Sequence record: MT446415.1
From: Escherichia virus TH44
DNA length: 64,000 nucleotides
Reading direction: 5' to 3' (one strand)
Shown: in pieces, positions 43,752 to 51,979 of the stretch
Position numbering within the stretch: position 1 is the stretch's first letter
Layout of the letters: every line of letters starts with the position of its first letter
Translations under genes and position numbers: made by a program
Notes under the pieces: generated by a model
Databases searched by the model: none
Told to the model about the DNA's origin: nothing
Seen by the model: the letters and a program-made list of their open reading frames with translations, nothing else

Positions 43752-44006
43752 ATGAAAACTTATCAAGAATTTATTACTGAATCTGCAAATACAAAAGTTG
43801 AGTTTGCTTATGTTGGTTCGCCGCGTGGCAGTTTTTCCAATGAGGAATTCCGTCGTTCACTGGACAATTTCATGCAGTTAAGTGCTGAAGTATCGCATGA
43901 TGGTCGTTATGACATCGTTACTATTAGCGGTTCTGAAGACCTTATCAAAAAGTGGCACAAGCAGAAAGATGTTGAGATGCGTTACTATCGTATCCCTAAA
44001 AAATAA
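43752..44006 (+). CDS. Internal-protein-like small protein
   Basis: Trimmed start MKTYQEFITES (GGAG RBS). Confidence 0.7.
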   Translation: MKTYQEFITESANTKVEFAYVGSPRGSFSNEEFRRSLDNFMQLSAEVSHDGRYDIVTISGSEDLIKKWHKQKDVEMRYYRIPKK

Positions 44007-44043
44007 GTGTACTTTTAAATGGGATAGTGTATAATTATCCCAT
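44007..44043 (+). promoter_or_regulatory. Early promoter stem-loop cassette (PeSL-like)
   Basis: -35 GTGTAC, -10 TATAAT inside loop of inverted repeat ATGGGATA/TATCCCAT; leader ...caactactgaggagaataaaATG. Confidence 0.55.
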
Positions 44044-44063
44044 CAACTACTGAGGAGAATAAA

Positions 44064-44249
44064 ATGAAACGTTGCGAATTAATTAGAAATGTTACTGCCC
44101 TTGTTGCTGTTACCACTTTTGGTTTTAACATGTTTGCTGGCTTTATGTTGAATATGCTTTCAACTTCTGAGAATATAATCTCTTTAGTAGTTGCATTTTT
44201 AATTGGTTCAATCTCTTTCGTTATGGATAAAATCTCTAAAGGTGAGTAA
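44064..44249 (+). CDS. Small hydrophobic (membrane) protein
   Basis: 61 aa with central hydrophobic segments; GGAG RBS. Confidence 0.55.
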   Translation: MKRCELIRNVTALVAVTTFGFNMFAGFMLNMLSTSENIISLVVAFLIGSISFVMDKISKGE

Positions 44250-44250
44250 A

Positions 44251-44640
44251 ATGTATAAAGTGTATGCGGATTATCAGGCAAATCCATCTGAAAAACCAGA
44301 TTGTCAAATTGGGTGGGCGCATGACACCCTGCTTGAAGCGGTAGATGAAGCTCAAAAATTAGGGTATAGTTATGTAGATATTGTTCAACCAAATGGAACA
44401 GTTATTACTCTTGAAGAATTCAAGAATATCAAAACAAACTTTTTGCTCTTTGCTGGTGATAGCTATTATCCTCGTGGCGGTTATGCTGACTTAATTGCAA
44501 AAGCTGCGACTGAAGATGAACTGCGTGATATCATTAAAGAAAACGAGAAGAAGCCTTGTTATGGTTCCAACCGTTTTGACTGGTGGCAGATTGTTAATGC
44601 CAATACGCATACTATTGTTGATGAAGGAACATGCGAATGA
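44251..44640 (+). CDS. Hypothetical protein
   Basis: Trimmed start MYKVYADYQ with RBS; 129 aa. Confidence 0.55.
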   Translation: MYKVYADYQANPSEKPDCQIGWAHDTLLEAVDEAQKLGYSYVDIVQPNGTVITLEEFKNIKTNFLLFAGDSYYPRGGYADLIAKAATEDELRDIIKENEKKPCYGSNRFDWWQIVNANTHTIVDEGTCE

Positions 44641-45113
44641 ATATCAAATTTGGTCAGACCATCCCTAAAGGTTATGTGATTGAAATTGAAACCTGGGAAA
44701 ATGATGGTGACAACTATAAAACCCAAACGGTATTTGGCGTAGAAGAACAAGAAATCCAACAGTACAAATATATCCTGGAACTTTTCCATGGTTCGCATTG
44801 CAATAACCGCAATAAATGTGGTAATTCAGAATGGGATGTGGTTAAACACTTGGTTATCGCCCACATTGCATCTGGTGTAAAATCTGGCCAGTTGACTTAT
44901 GAATTTTTGGATAAAGTTCTTGGTATCCAAGACTTAGAAGCCTTGCTGAATGATGATGAAGAAGCATACTATTTGAATGAAGCCCTTACTGAGCTCCTTG
45001 GTATGGCTTGCGAATATGATGGCGATTTCATGCGTGTAATTTCTTATGTTAAGCTATATATAATCGAAGAAGAAATCCGAATCCCATCTGTTAAAGCGCT
45101 TGATATGCTTTAA
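44637..45113 (+). CDS. Hypothetical protein
   Basis: Trimmed start MNIKFGQ with GAAGGAA RBS; 158 aa. Confidence 0.55.
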   Translation: MNIKFGQTIPKGYVIEIETWENDGDNYKTQTVFGVEEQEIQQYKYILELFHGSHCNNRNKCGNSEWDVVKHLVIAHIASGVKSGQLTYEFLDKVLGIQDLEALLNDDEEAYYLNEALTELLGMACEYDGDFMRVISYVKLYIIEEEIRIPSVKALDML

Positions 45114-45234
45114 CAAAAACGCGTTATTATTAATAAGTACCCTCTATTACCAAAGGTTCTTCCCTCAAAGAACCTTTCATAATAGCATGTGCTATTAATC
45201 AAACTTACTTTACTTAATTTTACTTGAGGTGTTT

Positions 45235-45504
45235 ATGTTAGTATTAAAATTAGCTTTTTACGACCCTAAAACAAAGACAACCACTACCAAACGTTGCTCT
45301 ATCTCGTATGAGTGTCAATTTGGCGAAATTCAGCATCCAACAGGCGAAACCTTTATGTCAATTGGTTGTTCAACATTCAATAAAGTCAAATTAATCCCGT
45401 TGGTTAATACGGCGGCTTATCTGGTTGCACCAGAAGAAATGACTTATCATACAATTCAGCATATGGTTAAAGATGATAATGCTCCCGCTGGATTTGTAAT
45501 TTAA
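45235..45504 (+). CDS. Hypothetical protein
   Basis: ORF-track start is GTG; ATG at 45235 with RBS; 89 aa. Confidence 0.5.
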   Translation: MLVLKLAFYDPKTKTTTTKRCSISYECQFGEIQHPTGETFMSIGCSTFNKVKLIPLVNTAAYLVAPEEMTYHTIQHMVKDDNAPAGFVI

Positions 45505-45509
45505 TTTTA

Positions 45510-45583
45510 GGCCCTGTAGCTCAATTGGTTAGAGCATCCGGCTCATAACTGGCAGGTTTCCGGTTCAAGTCCGGATGGGGCCA
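45510..45583 (+). tRNA. tRNA with CAT anticodon (Met by sequence; likely lysidine-type Ile as in T4)
   Basis: Cloverleaf folded by hand: acceptor GGCCCTG/TGGGGCC, D arm GCTC/GAGC, anticodon loop CTCATAA, T arm TCCGG-TTCAAGT-CCGGA. Confidence 0.8.
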
Positions 45584-45585
45584 CC

Positions 45586-45662
45586 CGGGGTGTAGCTCAA
45601 TTGTATAGAGCAACGGTCTTCTAAACCGTAGGTTGTGGGTTAGAATCCCACCACCCCGACCA
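45586..45662 (+). tRNA. tRNA-Arg (anticodon TCT), CCA encoded
   Basis: Perfect acceptor CGGGGTG/CACCCCG, D arm GCTC/GAGC, anticodon stem ACGGT/ACCGT with loop CTTCTAA, T arm GTGGG/CCCAC, 3' ACCA. Confidence 0.85.
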
Positions 45663-45677
45663 ATTACTGAGGATATT

Positions 45678-45917
45678 ATGGTTATTAGTGAATCATATGC
45701 AGTTATGGATATAACCAGCAACGAGCTGGTTTATAGCTTTGATGAGTTTGACGAAAATGATAAACAAGTCCCATGGTTTGCATTAACTGCTCCACCTGAA
45801 CATAATAAATATCTAAGTTTCCCGACTCGCAGACTAGCAACAAATTTTATGGAATTCAATGACCTTGATTCCAATTATAAGGTTGTTAAAGTCAAATTAG
45901 CTATTACAATTGAATGA
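45678..45917 (+). CDS. Hypothetical protein
   Basis: 79 aa from ATG 45678 (GAGGA RBS) just after tRNA-Arg; ORF-track start lies inside the tRNA. Confidence 0.5.
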   Translation: MVISESYAVMDITSNELVYSFDEFDENDKQVPWFALTAPPEHNKYLSFPTRRLATNFMEFNDLDSNYKVVKVKLAITIE

Positions 45918-46150
45918 GAAACCGGGTCGCTACCGGTAAGTCGTCGGACTGATGTTCCCTGGAGTATAGTTCCTCCCACGGTTTTACTGTGTTCTGGTTC
46001 TTTACTATCACAGCTGAAACGGCGCACCCTTTTAACGGAGTTTTTCCAGAGCGGACGGTGCGTCCGGTAGTACGAGAAATCAGAGCGGGTGGTGCATCCG
46101 GTACTATGGAATATAAATATTAACAACAACCCTAATAATGGAAAAACAAA

Positions 46151-46534
46151 ATGCTTACATATGCAGAATTTTTAAATCGCAATACCATCACTGAATCCGT
46201 ACTGACTGAAGCTGGCAAATTTTCTTTAGTGGCTCCAGAAAAAGCCGGTGTTTCAATTGGTGACCGTGTTATGTTCAAGAAACCAGTTAATGGCGTTTCT
46301 TGGGGTATCGTAACTGGGTTTGGCATCAAAGCTAAAGACGTTAAAAACGCCGCAGCACCTGGTGCTAAACTGGCTGGTTCCAAAGTTTCAACTTATATGG
46401 TTCGCCCTAAACAGTCTCCAGGTAATGGTGCTGCTGACTGGGTTGGTGCTCCAATCGAAATCGCTCGTGATAAATTCTTGAACATCACTGACCGTGCCAA
46501 CGAACGCGCTGCAATGGCATTCGCTCGCGGATAA
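46151..46534 (+). CDS. Hypothetical protein with IP-like N-terminus (MLTYAEFL)
   Basis: 127 aa; Gly/Ala-rich. Confidence 0.6.
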   Translation: MLTYAEFLNRNTITESVLTEAGKFSLVAPEKAGVSIGDRVMFKKPVNGVSWGIVTGFGIKAKDVKNAAAPGAKLAGSKVSTYMVRPKQSPGNGAADWVGAPIEIARDKFLNITDRANERAAMAFARG

Positions 46535-46571
46535 GAACACTTGCCTTGCAGGTGGAACCCCGACAAGGTAT

Positions 46572-46600
46572 AGCCCCTTCCGAAAGGTTGGGGCTTTTTT
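46572..46600 (+). terminator. Rho-independent terminator
   Basis: GCCCC...GAAA...GGGGC stem followed by TTTTTT. Confidence 0.7.
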
Positions 46601-46623
46601 ATAAATCAACTAAAGAGAAACGT

Positions 46624-47178
46624 ATGAAACTGTTAAAATATTTGAGTTGGATTCTGTTAGTTCCGCTGGATTTTATCTCCATGATTCTGGCCGTTATCCT
46701 GGCTCCATTTGTAGTTCCGTTCCATAATAAAAAGACTGGTAAACTTCCGTTCGGGTTTGATTGGATGATGACTTATGATAATCCGATTGATGGTGACCGT
46801 GGCCATGTCAAACGTTGGTCAAAAATCCGAAAATGGCCATTAGGTGTTTACTTCCAACGAGTAGCCTGGCTCTGGCGAAACAAAGCATACAATTTTGCTT
46901 ACCACAAGCTCGGCCGTGATTGCAATTCAGAATTCCATTATAAAGGTAATCCGGATGTTGAATCGGGCTCCCCTGATAAAGCTCATCATGGTTGGCTCTT
47001 TATGTGGACTGATAATGCATGGGGTGTTTTTGCTTCTGTTCCTTATCTTAAGGTCGGTGGAATCACCTTTTATCTGCGTGTTTATTGTGGCTGGAAGCTC
47101 AAGAGTCTTCTGTCCCGACCTATCCCTAAGGCTATGCTCGCCTTCCATATAAATCCGTTCCGCTTTTATAAGAACTAA
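46624..47178 (+). CDS. Membrane protein (N-terminal transmembrane helices)
   Basis: Trimmed start MKLLKYLSWILLVPLDFISMILAVILAPFVVPF; RBS AAAGAGAAA. Confidence 0.6.
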   Translation: MKLLKYLSWILLVPLDFISMILAVILAPFVVPFHNKKTGKLPFGFDWMMTYDNPIDGDRGHVKRWSKIRKWPLGVYFQRVAWLWRNKAYNFAYHKLGRDCNSEFHYKGNPDVESGSPDKAHHGWLFMWTDNAWGVFASVPYLKVGGITFYLRVYCGWKLKSLLSRPIPKAMLAFHINPFRFYKN

Positions 47179-47180
47179 CA

Positions 47181-47202
47181 GCCCGCATTGCGGGCTTTTT
47201 TA
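47181..47202 (+). terminator. Rho-independent terminator
   Basis: GCCCGC-ATT-GCGGGC followed by TTTTTT. Confidence 0.75.
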
Positions 47203-47238
47203 TACCCCGAATAAATTTGAAATTTTCTTCAAAAAGTA

Positions 47239-47268
47239 GTGTACATCCGAATTGACCCGGCGCATAAT
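47239..47268 (+). promoter_or_regulatory. Early promoter cassette (-35 GTGTAC, -10 CATAAT)
   Basis: 18-nt spacer; conserved leader cataatgattccatactgagttac. Confidence 0.5.
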
Positions 47269-47319
47269 GATTCCATACTGAGTTACACACTGAATCAAAC
47301 AAAACTTTGGAGAAATAAA

Positions 47320-47745
47320 ATGAACTTTCTGACCCTGACCTCTGCATTCTCTGTTACCCGCATCACCAACAAAATGGTTGCTGACGAAGTATGTGAAATC
47401 TGCATTCGTGAAGATGCACTTATCCATCTGACTTCAACCCAGATTGTTGCCATTGCCAAGTCCCTTAATTCTGAACTGAAGGTAAACACCAAACAGTCAA
47501 AAGAATCTATCATTGAATTAATCCAAGCTGAAATGATTGAATTCCCAATTGAAGAAGTTAAAGAAGAAAAAATCCAGTCCAAATCTGGTAATGCTCGTGA
47601 CATTTGCTTCCAGGCATTTGCAGAAATTGATATGAATGATAATGCAGCTCGTCGCGCTCTGATTGATGTTCTGGTTACCACCCATGATATCAAAAAGACT
47701 GTTGTTCAGTCATATGCTTCCAACTTCCGCAAAGCTCAAAAATAA
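47320..47745 (+). CDS. Hypothetical protein with C-terminal AARRALID...VQSYASNFRK domain
   Basis: Trimmed start MNFLTLTS; C-terminal 45 aa shared with ORF 48198. Confidence 0.6.
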   Translation: MNFLTLTSAFSVTRITNKMVADEVCEICIREDALIHLTSTQIVAIAKSLNSELKVNTKQSKESIIELIQAEMIEFPIEEVKEEKIQSKSGNARDICFQAFAEIDMNDNAARRALIDVLVTTHDIKKTVVQSYASNFRKAQK

Positions 47746-47755
47746 TTGAGAAAAG

Positions 47756-47795
47756 TGTTTTACTTCCAGATGGGATAATGTATAATTATCCCATA
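47756..47795 (+). promoter_or_regulatory. Early promoter stem-loop cassette (PeSL-like)
   Basis: 10-bp inverted repeat ATGGGATAAT/ATTATCCCAT around TATAAT. Confidence 0.5.
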
Positions 47796-47827
47796 CTGAG
47801 TTACCAAATAAAACACTGGAGAATAAA

Positions 47828-48124
47828 ATGTTTAACGCACCTGCATGGCACGCTACCCAAGCTCAAGAAGAAAACAAAGCAATCGTTTCTGCTAAAATTG
47901 AAGCTCAACTGAATGAATTGTGTGAAACTGCTTCTGAAGAAGTTGTTGCAATCATCAAACAGTATCCTGCATCCAACTACTCCCTGGCATGCATCAAAAC
48001 AGAAATGGTTAACTTGTGGCGTAAGAACAAGAAAACTTTCTTGGGTATGCAGTACCAAGCAATCGCGTCTGCAGTAGTAAACATGTATGACTTTGAAGTT
48101 TATTTCCCAACTTCTGAAAATTAA
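47828..48124 (+). CDS. Hypothetical protein
   Basis: 98 aa with GGAG RBS. Confidence 0.55.
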   Translation: MFNAPAWHATQAQEENKAIVSAKIEAQLNELCETASEEVVAIIKQYPASNYSLACIKTEMVNLWRKNKKTFLGMQYQAIASAVVNMYDFEVYFPTSEN

Positions 48125-48125
48125 T

Positions 48126-48155
48126 GTGTACTTTGGAATTTAACTAAGACATAAT
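48126..48155 (+). promoter_or_regulatory. Early promoter cassette (-35 GTGTAC, -10 CATAAT)
   Basis: 18-nt spacer; same leader family. Confidence 0.5.
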
Positions 48156-48197
48156 GATTCCATACTGAGTTAACAAATAAACAAACGGGATAATAAA

Positions 48198-48641
48198 ATG
48201 AAAACTTCAAAACTGGTTAAGTATGTTAAACTGGCATTAAACAACTCTTCTGAAGCTGAAGCACAATCCGCAGCACGTATGTTCTTCAAACGTCTGACAG
48301 CTGAAGGTATTTCATTTAACCCGGCAGTATTTGGTATCACTCGTGGCGAAGCTGCTAAACTGGCAACTCTGGCAGGTAAAATTTTTAAAGGTCTGAATGA
48401 TGGACAGGTTAAACCAGAAGTTAAACCTACTCCTAAAGCTGAACCAAAAGCTGAACGTAAGGCACCTAAACGCTCCGGTATGAGCAACAAAGATTTATGC
48501 TATGATATGTTCAAAACTGTTAATATGTCTAATGGTGCCGCTCGCAGGGCTGTTATTGATATGATTGTGCGTGAGTTTGGATTCAACAAAGCATCAGTTC
48601 AGTCTTATGCTTCCAACTTCCGCAAAGAATTTGAAATTTAA
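48198..48641 (+). CDS. Hypothetical protein with C-terminal AARRAVID...VQSYASNFRK domain
   Basis: 147 aa; paralogous C-terminus to ORF 47320. Confidence 0.6.
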   Translation: MKTSKLVKYVKLALNNSSEAEAQSAARMFFKRLTAEGISFNPAVFGITRGEAAKLATLAGKIFKGLNDGQVKPEVKPTPKAEPKAERKAPKRSGMSNKDLCYDMFKTVNMSNGAARRAVIDMIVREFGFNKASVQSYASNFRKEFEI

Positions 48642-48652
48642 TTTAAAAGGGG

Positions 48653-48682
48653 GTATACAAGCCCCCTGCTTTAAGGCATAAT
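48653..48682 (+). promoter_or_regulatory. Early promoter cassette (-35 GTATAC, -10 CATAAT)
   Basis: Preceded by GGGGG-loop-CCCCC hairpin; same leader family. Confidence 0.45.
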
Positions 48683-48723
48683 GATTCCATACTGAGTTAC
48701 ACAATAAAACACTGGAGAATAAA

Positions 48724-49029
48724 ATGAAATTCATCATCAACCTGGCGCTTGTTGACTTTGATAAAACTGGTAATTTCGCATCTGCTGAAAATATGATTCG
48801 TAACACCAAGTTCAAAGTGCAAGTCCAACAGGCGGTAGCAAAAGAGTTCTTTACTGATAAATTAACTAACGTTGTTAATCACCTGAATGTGCAAGTTAAA
48901 TTTACTCGTGAAGCGGAAACTACTGTTGCATTTGATTTTGACTGCCAATACCATGATGAATATGTTCGCCGCATCCTGGATATCGTGTCTGACGAACTTT
49001 ATTATGGTGTACAGGAAAACAAAATCTAA
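48724..49029 (+). CDS. Hypothetical protein
   Basis: 101 aa with GGAG RBS. Confidence 0.55.
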   Translation: MKFIINLALVDFDKTGNFASAENMIRNTKFKVQVQQAVAKEFFTDKLTNVVNHLNVQVKFTREAETTVAFDFDCQYHDEYVRRILDIVSDELYYGVQENKI

Positions 49030-49043
49030 ATTAGTGCTTTAAT

Positions 49044-49065
49044 GGGAACATGATAGTATGTTCCC
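49044..49065 (+). promoter_or_regulatory. Stem-loop cassette (inverted repeat GGGAACAT/ATGTTCCC)
   Basis: 8-bp arms flanking a 6-nt loop (GATAGT) upstream of ORF 49102. Confidence 0.4.
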
Positions 49066-49101
49066 TGGATAATAAAACATTAACCAACTGAAGGAAATAC
49101 C

Positions 49102-49695
49102 ATGAATACTTTAAAGAAACTTGTTGAATTCATCCGCTCCAAACTGGGTACTGCAATGGCACAAAACCTGTCTATTGAAGACCAATATACTAAAGCTGCT
49201 TCTACCCTGATTGACAAGATTACTGAGCTCCAGACTGCCCATGTTAAGTCTGTTAATGAAGAAAAACGCATCCGCGAGTTAGCGAATGAAAAAGACCAGC
49301 TCGCCGCTTCAAAAGAGCGTGAAATCCGCAAACTGATTTCTGATGGTGCAGATGTTCAGGTCCATGCTAAACTGGGTCTTCTGTATCGTCGCACTGCTAA
49401 ACAACTTCGTAAGAAGGCAGATGATTATGTTGAAATGCGTAATGAAATTAAATTGAAAGTTAAAGAGCTGGATGACTCTCGTCAGGAACTAGCTGTTAAA
49501 CTGGAATACATCCGCGAAACCCGTAAGGTGTCTGCACTGGGTATTGCGACTGCAGATGATGTTGTTGAAATCGCTGCATTGACTAAGATTGATATTGAAG
49601 ACACCCTGATGCGTGTTGAAACCTTCAAAGGCCCACAGGTTGGTGTGGATACCACGTCCGCGGACATTGAAGAATACATCAATTCACTTAAGTAA
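49102..49695 (+). CDS. Coiled-coil protein (PspA-like pattern, tentative)
   Basis: 197 aa, long heptad-rich helices; family assignment is a guess from composition. Confidence 0.55.
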   Translation: MNTLKKLVEFIRSKLGTAMAQNLSIEDQYTKAASTLIDKITELQTAHVKSVNEEKRIRELANEKDQLAASKEREIRKLISDGADVQVHAKLGLLYRRTAKQLRKKADDYVEMRNEIKLKVKELDDSRQELAVKLEYIRETRKVSALGIATADDVVEIAALTKIDIEDTLMRVETFKGPQVGVDTTSADIEEYINSLK

Positions 49696-49737
49696 GATAA
49701 AGGGGGCTTTGCCCCCTAATTGGGAGAGGAGAATATT

Positions 49738-50292
49738 ATGAGCTTATATAATGACCTTATATCAAATGTAGAATGGTTTGGCGGTAGTGGTCTTGCTACT
49801 GAAACTAATACAGTTCTTTATAGAATCCGTGGTGACTTGGGTTATTCCAATGATTTCTTAAGAAGAACAACTAGCCGTGGACACACTACAAAATTGCCTT
49901 TTATTTTTGCTTTAGCTGAAGACCTTTCTTTCGCAGATGCCTTGGAAATTATTGATGTAAATCTGGGTATTCAACGAGTGGAATTCGGTGGGCTGAGTTA
50001 TTCCGTGTATGCGTTAAATGACCCAAGCGATTATAGGCAACTTATTAATGCGAACGATGATGACCATTTGGTGTGTTATTTGATGTTGGAAAATGGTGAC
50101 CACTTTGGAATGGTTGACCGCCGACCAGCTTATACTGATATTAAAAATTATGATAAAGATGAGCTTCTTGATTTGACGTCTGAGTACACATTAGAGAGTC
50201 GTAAACAAAAACGAAAGCTTAATCGTTTTATTGCTGAATGTCGTGAATATGCTAAAGAGGTTCAAAATGCGAACGTTATATCTGCCAAATAA
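49738..50292 (+). CDS. Hypothetical protein
   Basis: Trimmed start MSLYNDL with GGAGAGGAG RBS; 184 aa. Confidence 0.55.
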   Translation: MSLYNDLISNVEWFGGSGLATETNTVLYRIRGDLGYSNDFLRRTTSRGHTTKLPFIFALAEDLSFADALEIIDVNLGIQRVEFGGLSYSVYALNDPSDYRQLINANDDDHLVCYLMLENGDHFGMVDRRPAYTDIKNYDKDELLDLTSEYTLESRKQKRKLNRFIAECREYAKEVQNANVISAK

Positions 50293-50626
50293 ACCAGAAA
50301 AATTTGTATACGCAAACAAGATTGATAAAGACTTGATGCCTCCATTTGGAGCTTTGTCCATGTGCATCGTTGGGGTTATAATGATGGTGCTTTGTGGGGA
50401 TATGGATATCATTAGTGTCGGAGTCGCCTGGGCACTAATAATCGCAGCTCCTTTTATTACAGTCCTGAGCATGATTTTGATAAATGTGTGGCATCAAAAT
50501 CATATGAATAAAGGATATCGTGGGCGAGTTAAAGAGTGGGAACAAAAATGTATTTCCCTACAAGAAGAGCACAAAATTAAATGTGCAGAAGAATTTATCA
50601 AGGAGGTTCGTAATGGAACGGCCTAG
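50267..50626 (+). CDS. Membrane protein with C-terminal EEFIKEV motif
   Basis: Trimmed start MRTLYLPNKP (AAGAGG RBS); two hydrophobic helices. Confidence 0.55.
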   Translation: MRTLYLPNKPEKFVYANKIDKDLMPPFGALSMCIVGVIMMVLCGDMDIISVGVAWALIIAAPFITVLSMILINVWHQNHMNKGYRGRVKEWEQKCISLQEEHKIKCAEEFIKEVRNGTA

Positions 50627-50966
50627 TCTTGCATCACATGTTTATCAATTGGCTGAATATGATATTGGTGCCAGTTTATTATTAGGGATACCCACCGCCA
50701 TGCTTGGTGGTTTGGTTGGTCTGGTAATGACCACGGTTATGGCTGCAATCGAGGGAGTGATGCCCATTGAGATGGGTTTCTTTATGATAATCGCTCCGGC
50801 TGTTGTGTCTTATTTTATCCCTGTTGTGTATGATATCTGCCACACAAACGCCGTGAATGCTCCTAGTCGGAAGAGATATGCTTCAGCAATGGCTGAGTAT
50901 AATAAGTTCCTAGACAAAACAAAACGTAATGACCTTGAAACCTTTATTAAGGAATGTAAATCATGA
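50613..50966 (+). CDS. Membrane protein with C-terminal ETFIKECK motif
   Basis: Trimmed start MERPSLASHVYQ (AAGGAGG RBS); hydrophobic helices. Confidence 0.6.
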   Translation: MERPSLASHVYQLAEYDIGASLLLGIPTAMLGGLVGLVMTTVMAAIEGVMPIEMGFFMIIAPAVVSYFIPVVYDICHTNAVNAPSRKRYASAMAEYNKFLDKTKRNDLETFIKECKS

Positions 50967-51253
50967 ATAAAATTGAAATTGCTATCCCCAAGTATTATGA
51001 TGAGAAATCTGCAGAAAAAGCTATCTATTCTCTTCTAAATAAGACCTCTGAAATTGAAAAACACTGTGAAGAAATCGCAGATGAATATGGTATCGAATTC
51101 AGCACTGGCGATTACGGCACCGGCCGTACATATCACCCAGTCGGTTATGAATGTTCCGAATGGTTCGCTCACCATATTGAAAACAACGGCGGGCAAGTTG
51201 AAAACGGCATTGTTACTGTTGGTGCCTGGGTTTCCTCTTCTGAGGTGTGCTAA
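50963..51253 (+). CDS. Small protein, member 1 of W-x-S-S-x-x-C C-terminal family
   Basis: 96 aa ending GAWVSSSEVC. Confidence 0.6.
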   Translation: MNKIEIAIPKYYDEKSAEKAIYSLLNKTSEIEKHCEEIADEYGIEFSTGDYGTGRTYHPVGYECSEWFAHHIENNGGQVENGIVTVGAWVSSSEVC

Positions 51254-51254
51254 T

Positions 51255-51536
51255 ATGATGAATGATTACCGTAAAAATAAAGAACTGGCTAACGCAGTAA
51301 ATGATATCCATAAAGCTATTCGTCGTGCCGAGGAAATTGCAAACAAATATGAGACTCATTTTAATATATACCCTGCTCGCGGTATGGGCGGTGACTATTA
51401 TTCTCCTGGCGCCCTGAAAGCTGACCTTGCTCATTGGGAAGAACATGGTCATCCTGAATGGGCTATTGTTAATACTCATGACTATACAACTGACCTGGAA
51501 AAAGGCGGTTGGGTGTCCTCCTCTTCTGAATGTTAA
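51255..51536 (+). CDS. Small protein, member 2 of W-x-S-S-x-x-C C-terminal family
   Basis: Trimmed start MMNDYRK; 93 aa ending GGWVSSSSEC. Confidence 0.6.
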   Translation: MMNDYRKNKELANAVNDIHKAIRRAEEIANKYETHFNIYPARGMGGDYYSPGALKADLAHWEEHGHPEWAIVNTHDYTTDLEKGGWVSSSSEC

Positions 51537-51544
51537 GGAATGTT

Positions 51545-51742
51545 ATGTCTCGTGAATTAGATTGTGCAATCCGTACTGCTGCGGCAGCTATTGAAAACGT
51601 TATCCAGATTTGTAAAGAAGAGCGTGAAGAAGCTGATATCTATATTGACGGTCAGCGTAATCTGGAACGTCATATCACGCTTTATAATGGTTGTATTACA
51701 ATTAGTGGTACCTCTTGGGTGTCCTCCTCTTACGAATGCTAA
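51545..51742 (+). CDS. Small protein, member 3 of W-x-S-S-x-x-C C-terminal family
   Basis: Trimmed start MSRELDCAIR; 65 aa ending TSWVSSSYEC. Confidence 0.6.
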   Translation: MSRELDCAIRTAAAAIENVIQICKEEREEADIYIDGQRNLERHITLYNGCITISGTSWVSSSYEC

Positions 51743-51751
51743 GGAAATAAA

Positions 51752-51970
51752 ATGACTACTAAAACTGTTAAAGAAATTGAAGACCAAATCCGTGCACTAA
51801 TCTGTGAAGGTGAACAACTGGCCGATAAAACCGGCGAACACTTCTGTAGCGGTGGCGAAGAATATATTCCAGCTTCTAGTCCGGAATATAACGATTACGA
51901 ATGGGTTCGTGATGAATATTGTATTCCAGAAGGTGAAGGTTTCTGGTTTAACTCCTCTATGTCTTGCTAA
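51752..51970 (+). CDS. Small protein, member 4 of the family
   Basis: 72 aa ending GFWFNSSMSC. Confidence 0.6.
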   Translation: MTTKTVKEIEDQIRALICEGEQLADKTGEHFCSGGEEYIPASSPEYNDYEWVRDEYCIPEGEGFWFNSSMSC

Positions 51971-51979
51971 GGTGATAAA

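Noticed and set aside
44015-44392. 125-aa reverse ORF
   Set aside because: Overlaps two forward cassette genes that have promoter cassettes and RBSs; no expression signals on the reverse strand.
44631-45113. Homing endonuclease (seg/mob-type) among cassette ORFs
   Set aside because: No GIY-YIG or HNH motifs recognised by eye in this or other inserted ORFs.
45521-45721. 66-aa reverse ORF, and the 5' extension of forward ORF 45633, overlapping the tRNAs
   Set aside because: Region folds into two canonical tRNA cloverleaves; the coding interpretation is spurious.
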